Shown here piece by piece: positions 1 through 11,794 of a stretch of DNA of 64,000 nt. A program made the position numbers and the translations under genes. Below the pieces are notes generated by a model. It made no database searches and was not told the DNA's origin. It saw only the letters and a program-made list of their open reading frames with translations. This stretch comes from the human T2T-CHM13v2.0 reference genome, Homo sapiens: the NCBI RefSeq assembly GCF_009914755.1, contig NC_060934.1; one strand, 5' to 3'. Positions within the stretch are counted from its first letter, which is position 1; each line of letters begins with the position of its first letter.

Positions 1-339
1 TGGTGACCTGTGGATTCCAGCCCAGGCTACATGAAAGGAAACAAGACGACTCTATTCTACGGCAAAGAGACAAACTGTGGCTCTCTCTGGGTTATGAGCT
101 CACCTTAACCTAATCCTGCCTGTCCTTCCAGGGCAGCCCCCGCTCACTTCCTTTACCACCCTCCTGACTACCGTGGTTGTTGTCAAACACCGCGTGGATG
201 GATAGAACTGAATTCTGTACTTACCATTTCACTTTCTGCTATCAAGTACTGTTGACTAAAGCTTCACTTAGAAAGGTTTTATCTTGGCAGAGGTATTTTA
301 AGACGCTTTAGGGATCTTTGTCAGATCCTTGTGTCCCAG

Positions 340-580
340 GCAGGTTAAGATCACAGACTCTGGAACCAGATAGTCTAAGTTAGAACCCTGGTGTTCTGCC
401 GCTGTCTTGGCCGTGTGATCTGGGCAAGTACCATAACCTCTCTGTTTCTTAGTTTGCTTCTATCAAATGGGGATAATAATAGTACCCAACCCGTAAGAGT
501 ACTGTGAGATTTAACTTAGTTGATATACATAGAGTGTCTAAGGCAGCACTTTGGCTATGATGAATGAGGTCTCAGTAGAT
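340..580 (+). mobile_element. MIR SINE
   Basis: ggttaagatcacagactctgga...gggcaagt...aacctctctg...cttagttt...aaatggggataataatagtacc matches the MIR core. Confidence 0.85.
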
Positions 581-1498
581 TCTTTCTTGGCTGACTGGTT
601 TGAATGCATATTCATGAGGCTAATTCCTTTACCTTTGCTGTCCACGTGCAAGGCGTGCATACTGAAAGTGAATATGGTTGTGGAGAAGATTCCTGGCTGC
701 TCAAGCTGTGAAAGGATTCTGTCTGTGTGGTTCATTAGAATTCTAACTGCAGTGGGGCTTGCCTTGAAATAGAATCTTTAAGCACGAGGCCATCTAATGG
801 TGTCCGCTTGAAGATTACTCTGTATAAGTACACTTTTTCATCTTCTAACTCTCCATTTAATATCAATATGTTAGCAATTAAAAATAGTTTAAAAGCACAT
901 TCATGATAACTAATTTCAATTCATTGGAATAGATTTTTATCATATTTGATGCATAATTTCAGTTTTATTGCTGAGATAAAAGGTCAATCTGATAGATAAC
1001 TGAAATAGAATATGTGCTTCATGGGAACTTTACCTTTAAGTTGTTATGTATCTTGGTGTAATTAATAAAGCATTTCTTACAGCAGAATTGCACCACAGAG
1101 TGAATCCATGAACTTCCTGACTGTCAAACCAAATCAAGCTACTTCAATCCTTGAAGAATAAAACTGTTCAAATTGCAGTGGCTTGTAAATTCCTAGCTTT
1201 GGGTGAAGGAATCTGCACTATCTTCAGAAGAAGGAATAAACATTTCCTGCCACCCAAAACCGTATTCCTCTTTCTCCATCTCTAGGAAATCTGGCCACAG
1301 ATGATGACAGTGTGAAATGACGCAGTTGCTCCTGTGCTTGCCTGACCAGCACTCTTTACCCTCTTCTTCCAGTAATAAGGCCCCTCTCCCTTTTCTGGGG
1401 TACAGCTCGTTCTTCTCCTCCAGCCATGTATTAGGGGCTGCCATTCATAGTACCCCACCTCCCTTCCCACTGCAGTGGGCATCTGATCGACCTGCAAT

Positions 1499-1980
1499 CC
1501 AGAGAAACAGAACCACTAGGAGATATATATGTATTATTGGAAGTTGGTTCACGTGATTATGGAGTCCAAGAAGTCCCATGCTCTACCGTTTGCAAGCTGG
1601 AGAAGCAGGAGATTCCATGGTGTAATTCAGTCTGAGTCCAAAGGCCCGAGAGACAGGGGAGCTGGTGGTGTAAGTCCTGGTCCAAGTCCAAAGGCCCAAG
1701 AACTGGGAACACTGATGTCCAAGGAGAGAAGAAATTGGACATCCCAGCTCAAGCAGAGAGAGAGAAAATTCATCTTTTGACTGCCCTTTTGTTGTATTTG
1801 GGCCCTCAGTGAATTGGAGGATGCCATACGCATTGGTGATGGTGGTCTTCTTTACTCAGTCTACTGATTCAAAGGTCTCTTCTGGAAACACCCTGACAGA
1901 CACACCTAGAAATAATGTTTTATCAGCTATCTGGGCATCTCTTAGTCCAGTCAGGTTGATATATAAAATTAACCATCACA
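1499..1980 (-). mobile_element. MLT2B-like ERVL LTR
   Basis: ccagagaaacagaaccactagga...gcaagctggaga...aattcagtctgagtccaaaggc...ataaaattaaccatcaca (reverse complement of the MLT2 5' end). Confidence 0.85.
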
Positions 1981-2095
1981 AGGGGTCACCTTATCTTGTA
2001 TAAATGTGCTAGATAAGAAAAGTTTTTGAAAAACAGTTTAAAACAAAGCCTATGCCATGCACATTTATACTAGATGAGGTGTCCTGCCCTCCACC

Positions 2096-2503
2096 TTAGT
2101 TTCCTACAACTGCTGTAATGAAATGCCACAAACTGGGTTGCTTACCACAATAGAAATGGATTCTCTCACAGTAGTAGAGGGTAGGAGTCTTAAAGCAAAG
2201 TGATGGTAGAGGGTTGGTTCCTTCTGGAGGCTCTGAGTTAGAATCTGTTTCATTTCTCTGTCCCAGCTTCTGAGAGTTGCTGGCAACCCCTAGTATCTCT
2301 TGGTTTGTAGATGTATCACTCCAACCTGTGTTCAAACTTCTCGCTTCTTGTAAGGACACCAGTTATTGGACTAATACAATACAACCCCATCTGAACTTGA
2401 TTACATCTGCAAAGACCCTATTTCCAAACAAGGTTACATTCACAGACACCAAGAGTTAGGACTTGCATATATCTTTTGGGGGAACACGGGTCAACTCCAA
2501 ACA
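2096..2503 (-). mobile_element. MLT1C-like MaLR LTR
   Basis: ttagtttccta...ccacaaactgggttgctta...ttacatctgcaaagaccctatttccaaacaagg...ggggaacac. Confidence 0.85.
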
Positions 2504-2539
2504 CCCTCTTTCTCATAGAGATTGGTCCAGTGATAAGCA

Positions 2540-2876
2540 TATGACCCAAACTGGGCAGTGAGAGAGTTTCCCACTGGAGCTGGTGGGGGGCAGGCTTGAC
2601 TCTCCACCTGAGAGTCTGCGTGACAGCCACGGGATGCTGGCCATTGTGGTTCCAGCCCCGTGGAGAAATCTGCCTGAGAGAAGGCAGCTGATGTGCAGAG
2701 AAAAGCCGAGAAGAGGAGGCAACATCCTGATGGGGTGCTTAGATCCTTACATCCAGACACCCCTTTCCTTGGTTTGCCCACACGAACCGTTAAATGTGTG
2801 CTTTTCTTTTTTGCCTTCTTAAACCATTCTGAGATAATATTTCAGTCACCTGCAACCCAAGGACACTGAATAATAC
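2540..2876 (+). mobile_element. old MLT1 (J/K/L-like) LTR fragment
   Basis: atgacccaaactgggc at the start and a 3' end ttcttaaaccattctgag...cagtcacctgcaacccaag...aatac. Confidence 0.6.
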
Positions 2877-3394
2877 CAATTGAAGACAGCATTTGAAGAT
2901 ATGGGCAAGGACCCTAACATGGAAATGTTATCTTCTAGAAAAGTCAGTGCTTAGCCAAGACCATTCCCACATGCCTGTACTGTACCTGGCAGGTAGTGAC
3001 GCATGTACAGGGACACATCCCATGTCTCAGGCCATGTGAATGCCCAGCTGGTAATGTGGCTTTTCAGGAGGCTGCTCTGGGTCCTCACAATGGCAGACAC
3101 AAGCTCTGACCTCACTTCATTTATTTATTTTTTTTCCTCTCACAAGCTTATTCTGATCATCTATCATTTTAATGAGTTTACAAAAGAGACATTTTCCTGA
3201 ATTCCTAAGAACAAAAGAATAATGTAGAATAATGTGCTTTTTCTAAGATGACATAAGCAATGCTGCAAGAACACGTGTCTTTTTCAGTTGCCCTATTCAT
3301 GGTAAGCATTCTAAGATGACATTGCAATGCCACCGTAAAACTGCCACTCAGTGCCATTCAGCAGGCAGGAGGCTGTCTTCCTGTGGCACCTGCA

Positions 3395-3770
3395 GGACAA
3401 TTTAAGCTGCAAATAATGAGACCTGGCAAAAGGAGCTTAAATAATAATGAGCTTCTTATCTTATCTAACAAGAAATGCAGTCGCAGGGCTTCCACGTCAT
3501 CAGTTCCTTGCTGCTTTCTCGCTTTCAGCTCTGCCATTTTCGGTGTGTGGGAAACATTCCCCCTCATAGTTGCAAAATAGCTTTGGGAGTTCCTGCCACT
3601 GAATGTGACAACATTTAGCAAAGGGGAGCAGTGTTTTCTCCTTTGTGTTTCTTTCTATTGGGAACAAAAACCTTTCTGTGAATTCTCCCACCTCTAACCC
3701 TGCCAGGCTTTCCTCCAATTCCAATGGCTCAGATTGAGTCACATGCAACGTTTGTTCCAATCACATGGGA
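3395..3770 (-). mobile_element. old MLT1 (K/L-like) LTR fragment
   Basis: cagctctgccatt...ttggctcagattgagtcacatg-like...ccaatcac pattern. Confidence 0.5.
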
Positions 3771-4199
3771 GGGAATTGGATTCCCACAGTGGCTCAGTAC
3801 TCAGCATTAACCCCTTGGGGCTGGAAACAGCCTGAGAAGCCAAGGACTCTCAACACCTGAGCAAAACTGGGAGCCAGTGAGCAACAAAGGGGGAAGGGCG
3901 CAGTGTGGGTTGTGCCACAGCACCTGGGGGGCCTTTGATGGAAACTGACGTCAGTACCCAGCAAGGTGCCCCACAACTCCTTGGGGTCAGCGGTGCATGA
4001 GGTATTGGTGAAATAGTAAATCCTGTGGAGTATTTCTTAGAAGAAGATGGATAGTGTTAAATATTAGTATAATATAACATGTTAAATATGTATGACATGA
4101 AATATAGGATATCCCATTTTATATTTATTAAGTTAATAGTATATTGAGTATTAATATTAAATATCCCATGTTATATTTAATAAATTAATATTTAATATG

Positions 4200-5065
4200 T
4201 TAAAAAGGCAAAAAATTAATGAACTAACAACCATCAGACTTAAGTAGAAAGAAAGTAGAATAAACCTAAATCAAATGAAAAAGTAATAGGTTAAGGACAG
4301 ACATTAACAAAATAGAACACATTAGAATAACAATAGAAAAACATTTTCTGTCGAGAGGATCAATAAAGCCAATTTTATTCTTGAAAAGACTAAAACAAAT
4401 GTCAAACTTTTGGTAAAAATGATCTAGAAAAGAAGAGAGAAACAAATAATATTAGAAATGAAAATATTAGGAATCAGACACTAAAATATAATATAAACCA
4501 CTTTAAGCTTACAAACATTAAGTTTAGATAAAATGGACAAACTTGTCAAAAAATATAGCCTACTAAAATTAACTTAAGGAGAAATTGAATATTGAATAGT
4601 CGTATAATCTAAGAAAATTGAACCATTTGTTAAAAGTCTTTCCACAAAGGATATTCCAAATGGCTTTTACTGGCAATTTCTGTCAGACATTCCAGAAATA
4701 AATAATCCAAATTATATACAAATTACTCCAGAATATCGAAAAAGAAGGAACAATTCTCAAGTCATATTTTGAGAGTTGAATAACTTTGATTCCATAACCT
4801 GACAAGGGCTGAATGGGAAAGGAAGGTCACTTACAAACATGATTACAAAAATCCTACCGAAAATATTAGCCAGCCAAATCCTGCCTCCATTAGTTGTGTA
4901 AATCATGAACAAGCTGGGTTTGATTTAACATTATAACATCAATTGAGGTAAATTATATTAATGGGTTAAGGGAGAAAAGTCTGTGATCATCTCAACATGT
5001 GCCAAAAAAGCAGTTGATGAAATTCAACACTTGCTCATGATAGAAACTCTAAGCAAACCAAAGAC
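4200..5065 (+). mobile_element. old L1M ORF2 fragment
   Basis: A-rich L1 ORF2-like text: gataaaatggacaaa...ataactttgattcca...aaaatcct...aaaatattagc...gatcatctcaa...aaattcaacac. Confidence 0.8.
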
Positions 5066-5096
5066 TGACAGTGTGTTTGGCTGGTCCATTGGCTGA

Positions 5097-5556
<460 letters not shown>

Positions 5557-6224
5557 TGAATAAAAAATAGGCACATATATATGCCATTCTCCTCTTTACT
5601 TTGTTTCATTTGACATACTATAGACATATTTTCTCTTTTACATATATATGTATATACCTACTTCTCTTTTTAGAGGTTACATAGAATTTCATTGTATATA
5701 AGCCATAATTCATGAACTATGTTAAGAAAAAATAATTCAGCCACCTGAAGACTGAGTGTAGCTTTTAACATGTATAGAATCATAATTGAGTTGGGAATTA
5801 AAACCATATACCATAAAAAACTGGGCACTCAGCAGATTTCTGCCTCTTACAGAAAAATCTGGGCTCCTTACAGTTGTAAAACTACCACCCTGTGAATTGA
5901 GATTTGGGTGATTGTGACCACAGCACCGTATGGAGGTCATCTTTCTGTATATAGGTATAAAAGTGAGAGAGGGCAAATCCAGCATTGCTTCTGGCGATGT
6001 GATCGGATAGTGAGAACTTGACTACAAATTCTATGAACACAAGTGCTTTCATCCTAAAAAGTCTTGTAACCACTCCCACTCCTCCCCACACTCTCAGCAC
6101 CCCTGAAATTTGTTAGGCTGTTCATTTCAAGTCACACACAGAATCTATGATTTCCAGTTTGGTGGACTGGCTGAGGGGCATGAAGGGGCCAGGCAGTCAC
6201 GTTCTGGAATTGAAAGGCATCTGG

Positions 6225-6370
6225 GTGGAGGGAGAGAGAATCCAGTCCCCACCGCACACCACTGCAGGTTTTGGCAAGTTACTTGTGCTCCCCTGAGCCT
6301 CTCTTCCTCATCTTTAAAATGGGCAGGATGCTACACACCTTACATGGTGTTTGTGAGACCTAAAGATAAG
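6225..6370 (+). mobile_element. MIR fragment
   Basis: ggcaagttactt...ctgagcctc...ttcctcatctttaaaatggg. Confidence 0.7.
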
Positions 6371-7475
6371 CCTCCCTGTCCACAGAGGGGTTAGTTTAAG
6401 AATGTAGCAAATATCATTGTTTTTGGAAAACATTATTCCCGAGAATAGTTTTTACATGGAGTCAGGTGGCGTTTCTGTTTGTGCACATGCCTCACAATTA
6501 GAGTAATGGTGAGAAAGTTATTAAAAAAATAACATCTGGGCTAATCAGCTGTCAGCGTTCACCTGTCTTTTTCACTGGGCCCTTCCCTGAGCATTGAGGA
6601 ACAATGGGGGCAGTCACTGGAAAATTCCTGGAAGAAACAGAGGGAGGACTTTAACCACCCTTCACCTCAATAACTGACTTAAAAATCCCAATTAGGCATT
6701 TCTCTCTGTCCCCAAAGTCCCTTGCCTTTTGCCCTTCTACTAGGGATCTCTTTGCTTCCCTGTGCAGGGCTCAGCCTAACTTGCTCAGCCAGTTGCATCA
6801 ATGCAGGTAACAGATCCTGCTCTCACCTAGAAGCAGTTTAGTGACCTACAGTTTTACTGGAACATAACATTTGAGGTCTCATCATAGTTGCCCACTCTGA
6901 ATTCTTAGCAAAATGTCTTTTCAACAAGATAAGATGTCATGCCAGTTGCTAAGAGAGGAAGTTTCCTCCTCCTATTTTTGTGTCAGCAACATTGGTTGTG
7001 CGCATGTGAAGCTGCTAGAAGCCTCTTCTTTCACTGTCGTAGCCCTGATTGCTGTTGCATCTGTTATCCTGGCCACCTCTGGCTCTCCTTGGTTACACAC
7101 AGCTGTTCCTGGTTACACGCAGATTCCTCCTAGACACCTCCAATCCCCATGCTACTCCCCCCATGCTCCCTAAGCACTTGTCCTGGCTGTAGGGAAGTCA
7201 GTGTTGTGGCTTGAGAGCCTATCTGACTGGACCGTGATTTAACCACTGCTATAGCCCTGGAGCCAAGCACAGTAGCTACCCAGGGCAGGTACCCAAAAAT
7301 CTTTGTGGAGTAAATCCATGAATATCCACAGACCACCCAGTGTTGTCTATTCTCCACATAACCTACACTCTCTGGTTGTGGAAGGAAGAATGCATCACTT
7401 TCCCTACACTTTCTGGTTGTGGAAGAATGTATCAGTTTGCTAGAGCTACTCTAACAAACAGCACACAACAGAAAC

Positions 7476-7652
7476 TTTTTTGCCCCACATTTATGTTGAT
7501 TAAAAACTGACATAAACAAAACCTGTACAAAAAATATCCCAAATCCCATATCACTTTGAAGAGTCATCTTGAGAGACGTTATGACCTCTGACCCCCTCTT
7601 CCGCTGCCACAGCCACGTCCTCTTCCTCTACCGCTGCCTTGGTTTCTTCCTG
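7476..7652 (-). pseudogene. SNRPD1: 5'-truncated processed pseudogene fragment of SNRPD1 (Sm-D1 C-terminus + proximal 3'UTR + short A tail)
   Basis: Minus strand translates VAGRNQGSGRGRGRGCGSGRGGQRS*, colinear with the Sm-D1 end [25 protein letters not shown]. It is followed by gatttgggatattttttgtacagg...tttatgtcagtttttaatcaacataaatgtggg (SNRPD1 3'UTR as I recall it), then A6. TSD caacagaaa at 7466-7474 and 7653-7661. Confidence 0.9.
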
Positions 7653-7862
7653 CAACAGAAATTTATTATTTCCCAGTTCTGGAGAGTGGAAATTGGAGAT
7701 CAAGGTGTTGGGAGGATTGATTCCTTCGAAGGGCTGTGAGGGAGAATCTATTCCAGGCCTCTCTCCTGGCTTTTAGTGGTTTGTTGGCCATCTCTGATGT
7801 TCCTCGGCATGTAGACACATGACCCTGGTCTCTGCTTTCATGCTCACATGATACTCTCCCTG

Positions 7863-8290
7863 TGTATTAGTCCATTCTCGCATTGCTATAAATATCTGAT
7901 ACTGAGTAATTTATTAAATAAAAGAGGTGTAATTGGCTCACAGTTCTGTAGGCCATACGGGAAGTATGATGCTGGCATCTGCTTGACTTCTGGGGAGTCC
8001 TCAGGAAACTTACAATTATGGTGGAAGGTGAAGGGGAAGCAGGCTCATCTTACGTGGCTGGAGCACGAGCAAGAGGGAGAGTGGGTGGGGGGGCAGGGGC
8101 TACATACTTCTAGACAACCAGATCTGGTGAGAACTCAGTGTCATGAGAACAGCACCAAGGAGTATGGTGTTAAACCATTCATGAGGAACCACACTCATGA
8201 TCCAGTCACCCCCCACCAGGCCCCACCTCCAACACTGCGGAATACAGTTTGACATGAGATTTGGTGGGGACACAGAACCAAACCATATCA
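7863..8290 (-). mobile_element. MST (MSTA/B-like) solo LTR
   Basis: tgtattagtccattctcgcattgctataaa...ggcatctgcttgacttctgggga...aaaccatatca; near-TSD ccctg/ctctg. Confidence 0.9.
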
Positions 8291-8397
8291 CTCTGTGTGT
8301 GTGCCTGTGTCTAAATTTTTCCCTTTGATGTGGACACCAGTCATATTGGATTAGGGGCCCACGCTGCTTTAGTATGACCTCATCTAACTTTATATTG

Positions 8398-8534
8398 AGC
8401 TGCCTGTGGTCCCAGCTATTCAGGAGGCTGAGGCAGGAAGAATCACTTGAGCCCGGGAGCTCAAGACTGCAGTGAGCTATGATTGTGCCACTGCACTCCA
8501 GCCTGTGCAACAGAGCAAGACTCCATCTCTAAAA
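8398..8534 (+). mobile_element. Alu right-arm/FRAM fragment
   Basis: gcctgtggtcccagcta...gactgcagtgagctatgattgtgccactgcactccagcctg. Confidence 0.9.
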
Positions 8535-9059
8535 TGACCCTATTTTCAAATAAGGTCCCATTCTGAGGCCCTGGGCACTAGGACTTCAATGTATGTTACC
8601 AAACAGTGTAGTTACTTCCCTTGTTCTCAATTCTCTGTTGCTGTTTCTCCATTTATATCAGAAAAGATTGAAACTTTGATAGCTTTCTGTAAAGTATGAA
8701 CACTGCTGAGGGGGCACATAAGGAGATGTTCCTTATATTTACATAGTTTTTGATTTTTGTCTGAAAATGACAACTGAGGTTGAGAATCTTGGTGGTCAGA
8801 TAAACAGCACTATTCCATCCGGACCTTGTGTAATTCCTGGGAGTAAATCACTGTTTTCTCTTTGGGATCAGTGACTTGCATCAGGATACCTCAGTTTTAG
8901 CTGTGTGCTTTTGTGTAGTGAAATGCAGTGAGGTCTTGTGATTCCAGGGACACGAGAAAAAAAGAGTTGTTAGAAGAAACCGGATAGGATAGAAATAGCA
9001 AACCTTTTTGATAGAGGACACTGACGCTGAACACTGGACTCATCCAATCCTCCCTACAA

Positions 9060-9625
9060 CTCTCCGCAGCCCCCCAGGAAGCGCAAAAGAGCTGTCTGCG
9101 CCTCTTGTCACCACCCCATTTGCAGACCCTGGGTCGCTGCGCATGGAACGGCCCGCAGGTGGCACAGGAGGGACAAGGATCCCCGTCTGGCCCCGGTGCG
9201 CGGCTCGCGGCTCTTCCTGGCCCTCTCCGGAGTGACCGAAGTGAAGAGGGAGAGAATTCGGAAGGTGCAGTGTGACCCTGGCTCCTCGCTCTAGCCCGCC
9301 AGCGCCCACAGTGTCTCTGAGAGTACACAGCCCTCTGGAGGAACGCGGCTGCCTTCGTAGAGGGCCCTCGAGGAGCTCGGTGCTGGGGCTGCAGCTCCTG
9401 TGTGAGGCCGTCGTGCGTTGCAGTTAATTGTTGCACCTGTATTTCTGGTCGAGAAGCTGTACTGCTAAGATGCGTGCTCCTGCCGAGAGCGCAGCTCCGG
9501 GTGTGACAGTTCAGTGCAGCTGGGGCGTGACCCCACCGCACGCTGGCCGGGCAAGGTCACCGCTCCTTCGCCAGCGGGGCCTATTCCCTTTGGAGCTTCT
9601 CCAGCTTCGTGGCCTCCACCGGCCT
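9060..9625. promoter_or_regulatory. CpG island (orphan promoter/enhancer candidate)
   Basis: About 41 CpG counted by eye in about 560 bp of GC-rich unique sequence within CpG-depleted flanks. Confidence 0.8.
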
Positions 9626-9701
9626 GTGGCTGCTGGTCTTTGGGCAGTTGTCCATTCATTAATAGCTCCCTCAGAGGTTGGGGCACAGAAAGTAAAAGAA
9701 G

Positions 9702-9702
9702 C

Positions 9703-9733
<31 letters not shown>

Positions 9734-9744
9734 CAAAACAAAAC
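9702..9744. repeat. (CAAAA)n microsatellite
   Basis: About 8 tandem CAAAA units. Confidence 0.95.
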
Positions 9745-11434
9745 CAGTGTTGAATCTGGCAGAGGAGATGCTGGCAGAAACGAGATTGGAGCAAATGGCT
9801 GCAATGCCTGGAGGGAATTTGCATTCACCCTGGCATCTGCGTGGAAGTCAGCGCCCAGCACCCCGCCTGGCAGCATCTGTCACTGCTCCAGGAACATCCA
9901 AGACAAGCCTACACTGGGTTCCGCTGGGAAGCCAGTATGAAGGCTTGGTCCCCAAATGTCACTGCTAAGAGACACACATTTTGCTTGGAGAGAGAGAGGG
10001 AGACAGGCTGGTTGTGCAGGACCTCTCTGTTCACCCGGAAGTGAGAGAAAACATGTCCCATAGGATCCCAAGCCAGGGACACACCAGGGGACTGGGATGG
10101 TTTTCAGGGCCAGGTAAACATAACATTTTGTGCACAATTCCATGGAGTTCACAAATCAGGTGGTCCCTCTCTGGTTAAGAATTTCTTATGGATCAGAACA
10201 AGGATCTCTGAAGGATATGCTCACAGAGTGGGCTGCTGGTAGGTGATTAGCCGGGATTGGAGGTTGGTGGGGGAAGAAGTAGAAACGGGACAGGCTGGAT
10301 GGAGTGCAAGATGAAGAGCCAAATCTGGCCAGCCTCACTGTCTTGCCCGGGGCTGATCTGGACATTTTACCTTAGGGCTGACTCAGTGCTGTGGTTAACA
10401 GGTCAGAGGTAACCGCCTCGCTCTTGGAGGAATGGGAAGAATGCTGGCCTGTGGGTGACCAAATACTGTATAGACATACATGCATCTCTGTTTTCTTCTC
10501 GTTAAACTGGGATGCCACCTTCCCAGAATGGCCTGTGGTTGGGAGGCTGGGTTCTGCAGCTGCAGCACTGCCTCGCTCCCCATCCAGCTCTGCTGCTTTC
10601 TTTCGATGGAAACATGAACATCTCTAAGCCTGGACAACCTCTTAATAAACAACAGAAATACATTGGAGAGAAATACAGCAGGGGTGGGAGTGAGGAGAAA
10701 CCTTTAAGAGACTTACCTGTTGAAGATCAGAACCTGCATTCTCCATGCTGCGAGTTGATTTTTTTTTAAACGAAGTTCCCATGTGGATCTGACATCTGCT
10801 TTCTGAGTTTGTGTGGATGAGACACACACTCTAGAGTCTGTCAGAGAAGATTCTAGAGAATAGAACTGGTCTCACCTGGGATCATGCAAGACAAATCAAT
10901 AGCAGCTGTTAAGATAATTGTATATAGGACTATAGTCTTGGGAAACCACAATATGCTAATCACTTGATTTAATTTTGTGACTATCTGCAGATGTGGATAT
11001 GAATTTAAATTGCAACCTCACAATGTTGTGTCTACAGGTACAGGTTAAACTGAAGGAAGGTGGAAGGGTTTAAGAGCCTATCTGTTAAATTTCAAGTCTC
11101 AAGTAAGCCAAGTCAATGTAAGTCATTGCTGATTTGGAGCAAGTCTTTGTAAAACGTACCTGATTTGCTTTAGCATTGTGAGTTCTCTTAATTGATGCTT
11201 GCCTAATTTTGTGGGACTTGGTTTCAAATTTTGCAATGGCTTTTGACTCCACTCCCCATTCTTGTACATAATAGGTACAACAAAAATTGCTTGAATAAAC
11301 TAGTAGAGCGAAAGTATTTCCATAGCTCCTAAAGACCAGATTCTGAATATGGTAAATATGGCAGCAACCAAAGGGCCAAGCCAAAACTAGGTTCTGCTCA
11401 GTCATTCTACCTCTCTTGGGAGCCTTTAAAATAA

Positions 11435-11560
11435 TGAACCTACAGCTTTTTTTGGGTTAAGAATGCCTCTGAGTCTTGATGAAATTATTGCTCCCTCTCT
11501 AGATGATGCAGGTAAACACACATTTTGTGCAAAATTCCAGGGAGTTCACAAATCAGGTGG
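11435..11560. mobile_element. hAT-Charlie type MITE fragment (MER117-like)
   Basis: gatgaaatt...ctccctct...acacacattttg...aattccagggagttcac resembles the recalled consensus. Confidence 0.45.
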
Positions 11561-11794
11561 CCCATCACTTTGGGAGGCTGAGGTGGGCAGATCACTTGAG
11601 GTCAGGAGTTCCAGACCAGCCTGACCAACATGGTGAAACCCTGTTTCTACCAAGAATATAAAAAATTAGACAGGCATGGTGGCATGCGCCTGTAATCCCA
11701 GCTACTTGGGAGGCAGAAGTTGCGGTGAGCTGAAATCACACCACTGCACTCCAGACTGGGTGACAGAGCAAGACTGCGTCTAAAAAAAAAAAAG
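11561..11794 (+). mobile_element. Alu, 5'-truncated, with right-arm deletion
   Basis: Starts at cactttgggaggctgagg; ttgggaggcagaagttgcgg shows a deletion between the repeated ggagg motifs; A tail. Confidence 0.95.

Larger units (their letters stand above)
7428..8600 (-). mobile_element. MLT1 LTR interrupted by three later insertions
   Basis: tgtatcagtttgctagagct...acagaaatttatt...cagttctggag...gatcaaggtgttgg; resumes 8291-8390 and 8535-8600 (gaccctattttcaaataaggtcccattctgagg). Confidence 0.85.

Noticed and set aside
3241-3330. Short direct repeats (ttctaagatgacat twice); similar ones at 35525-35570, 39265-39337 and 60319-60340
   Set aside because: Ordinary slippage duplications with no further structure.
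4050-4200. AT-rich quasi-palindromic stretch
   Set aside because: Low-complexity decay next to an old L1.
8897-9940. Long ORFs (214 aa on -, 170 aa on +) over the CpG island
   Set aside because: Non-ATG starts, overlapping ORFs in several frames due to GC richness, one runs through the (CAAAA)n repeat, and neither resembles a known protein.
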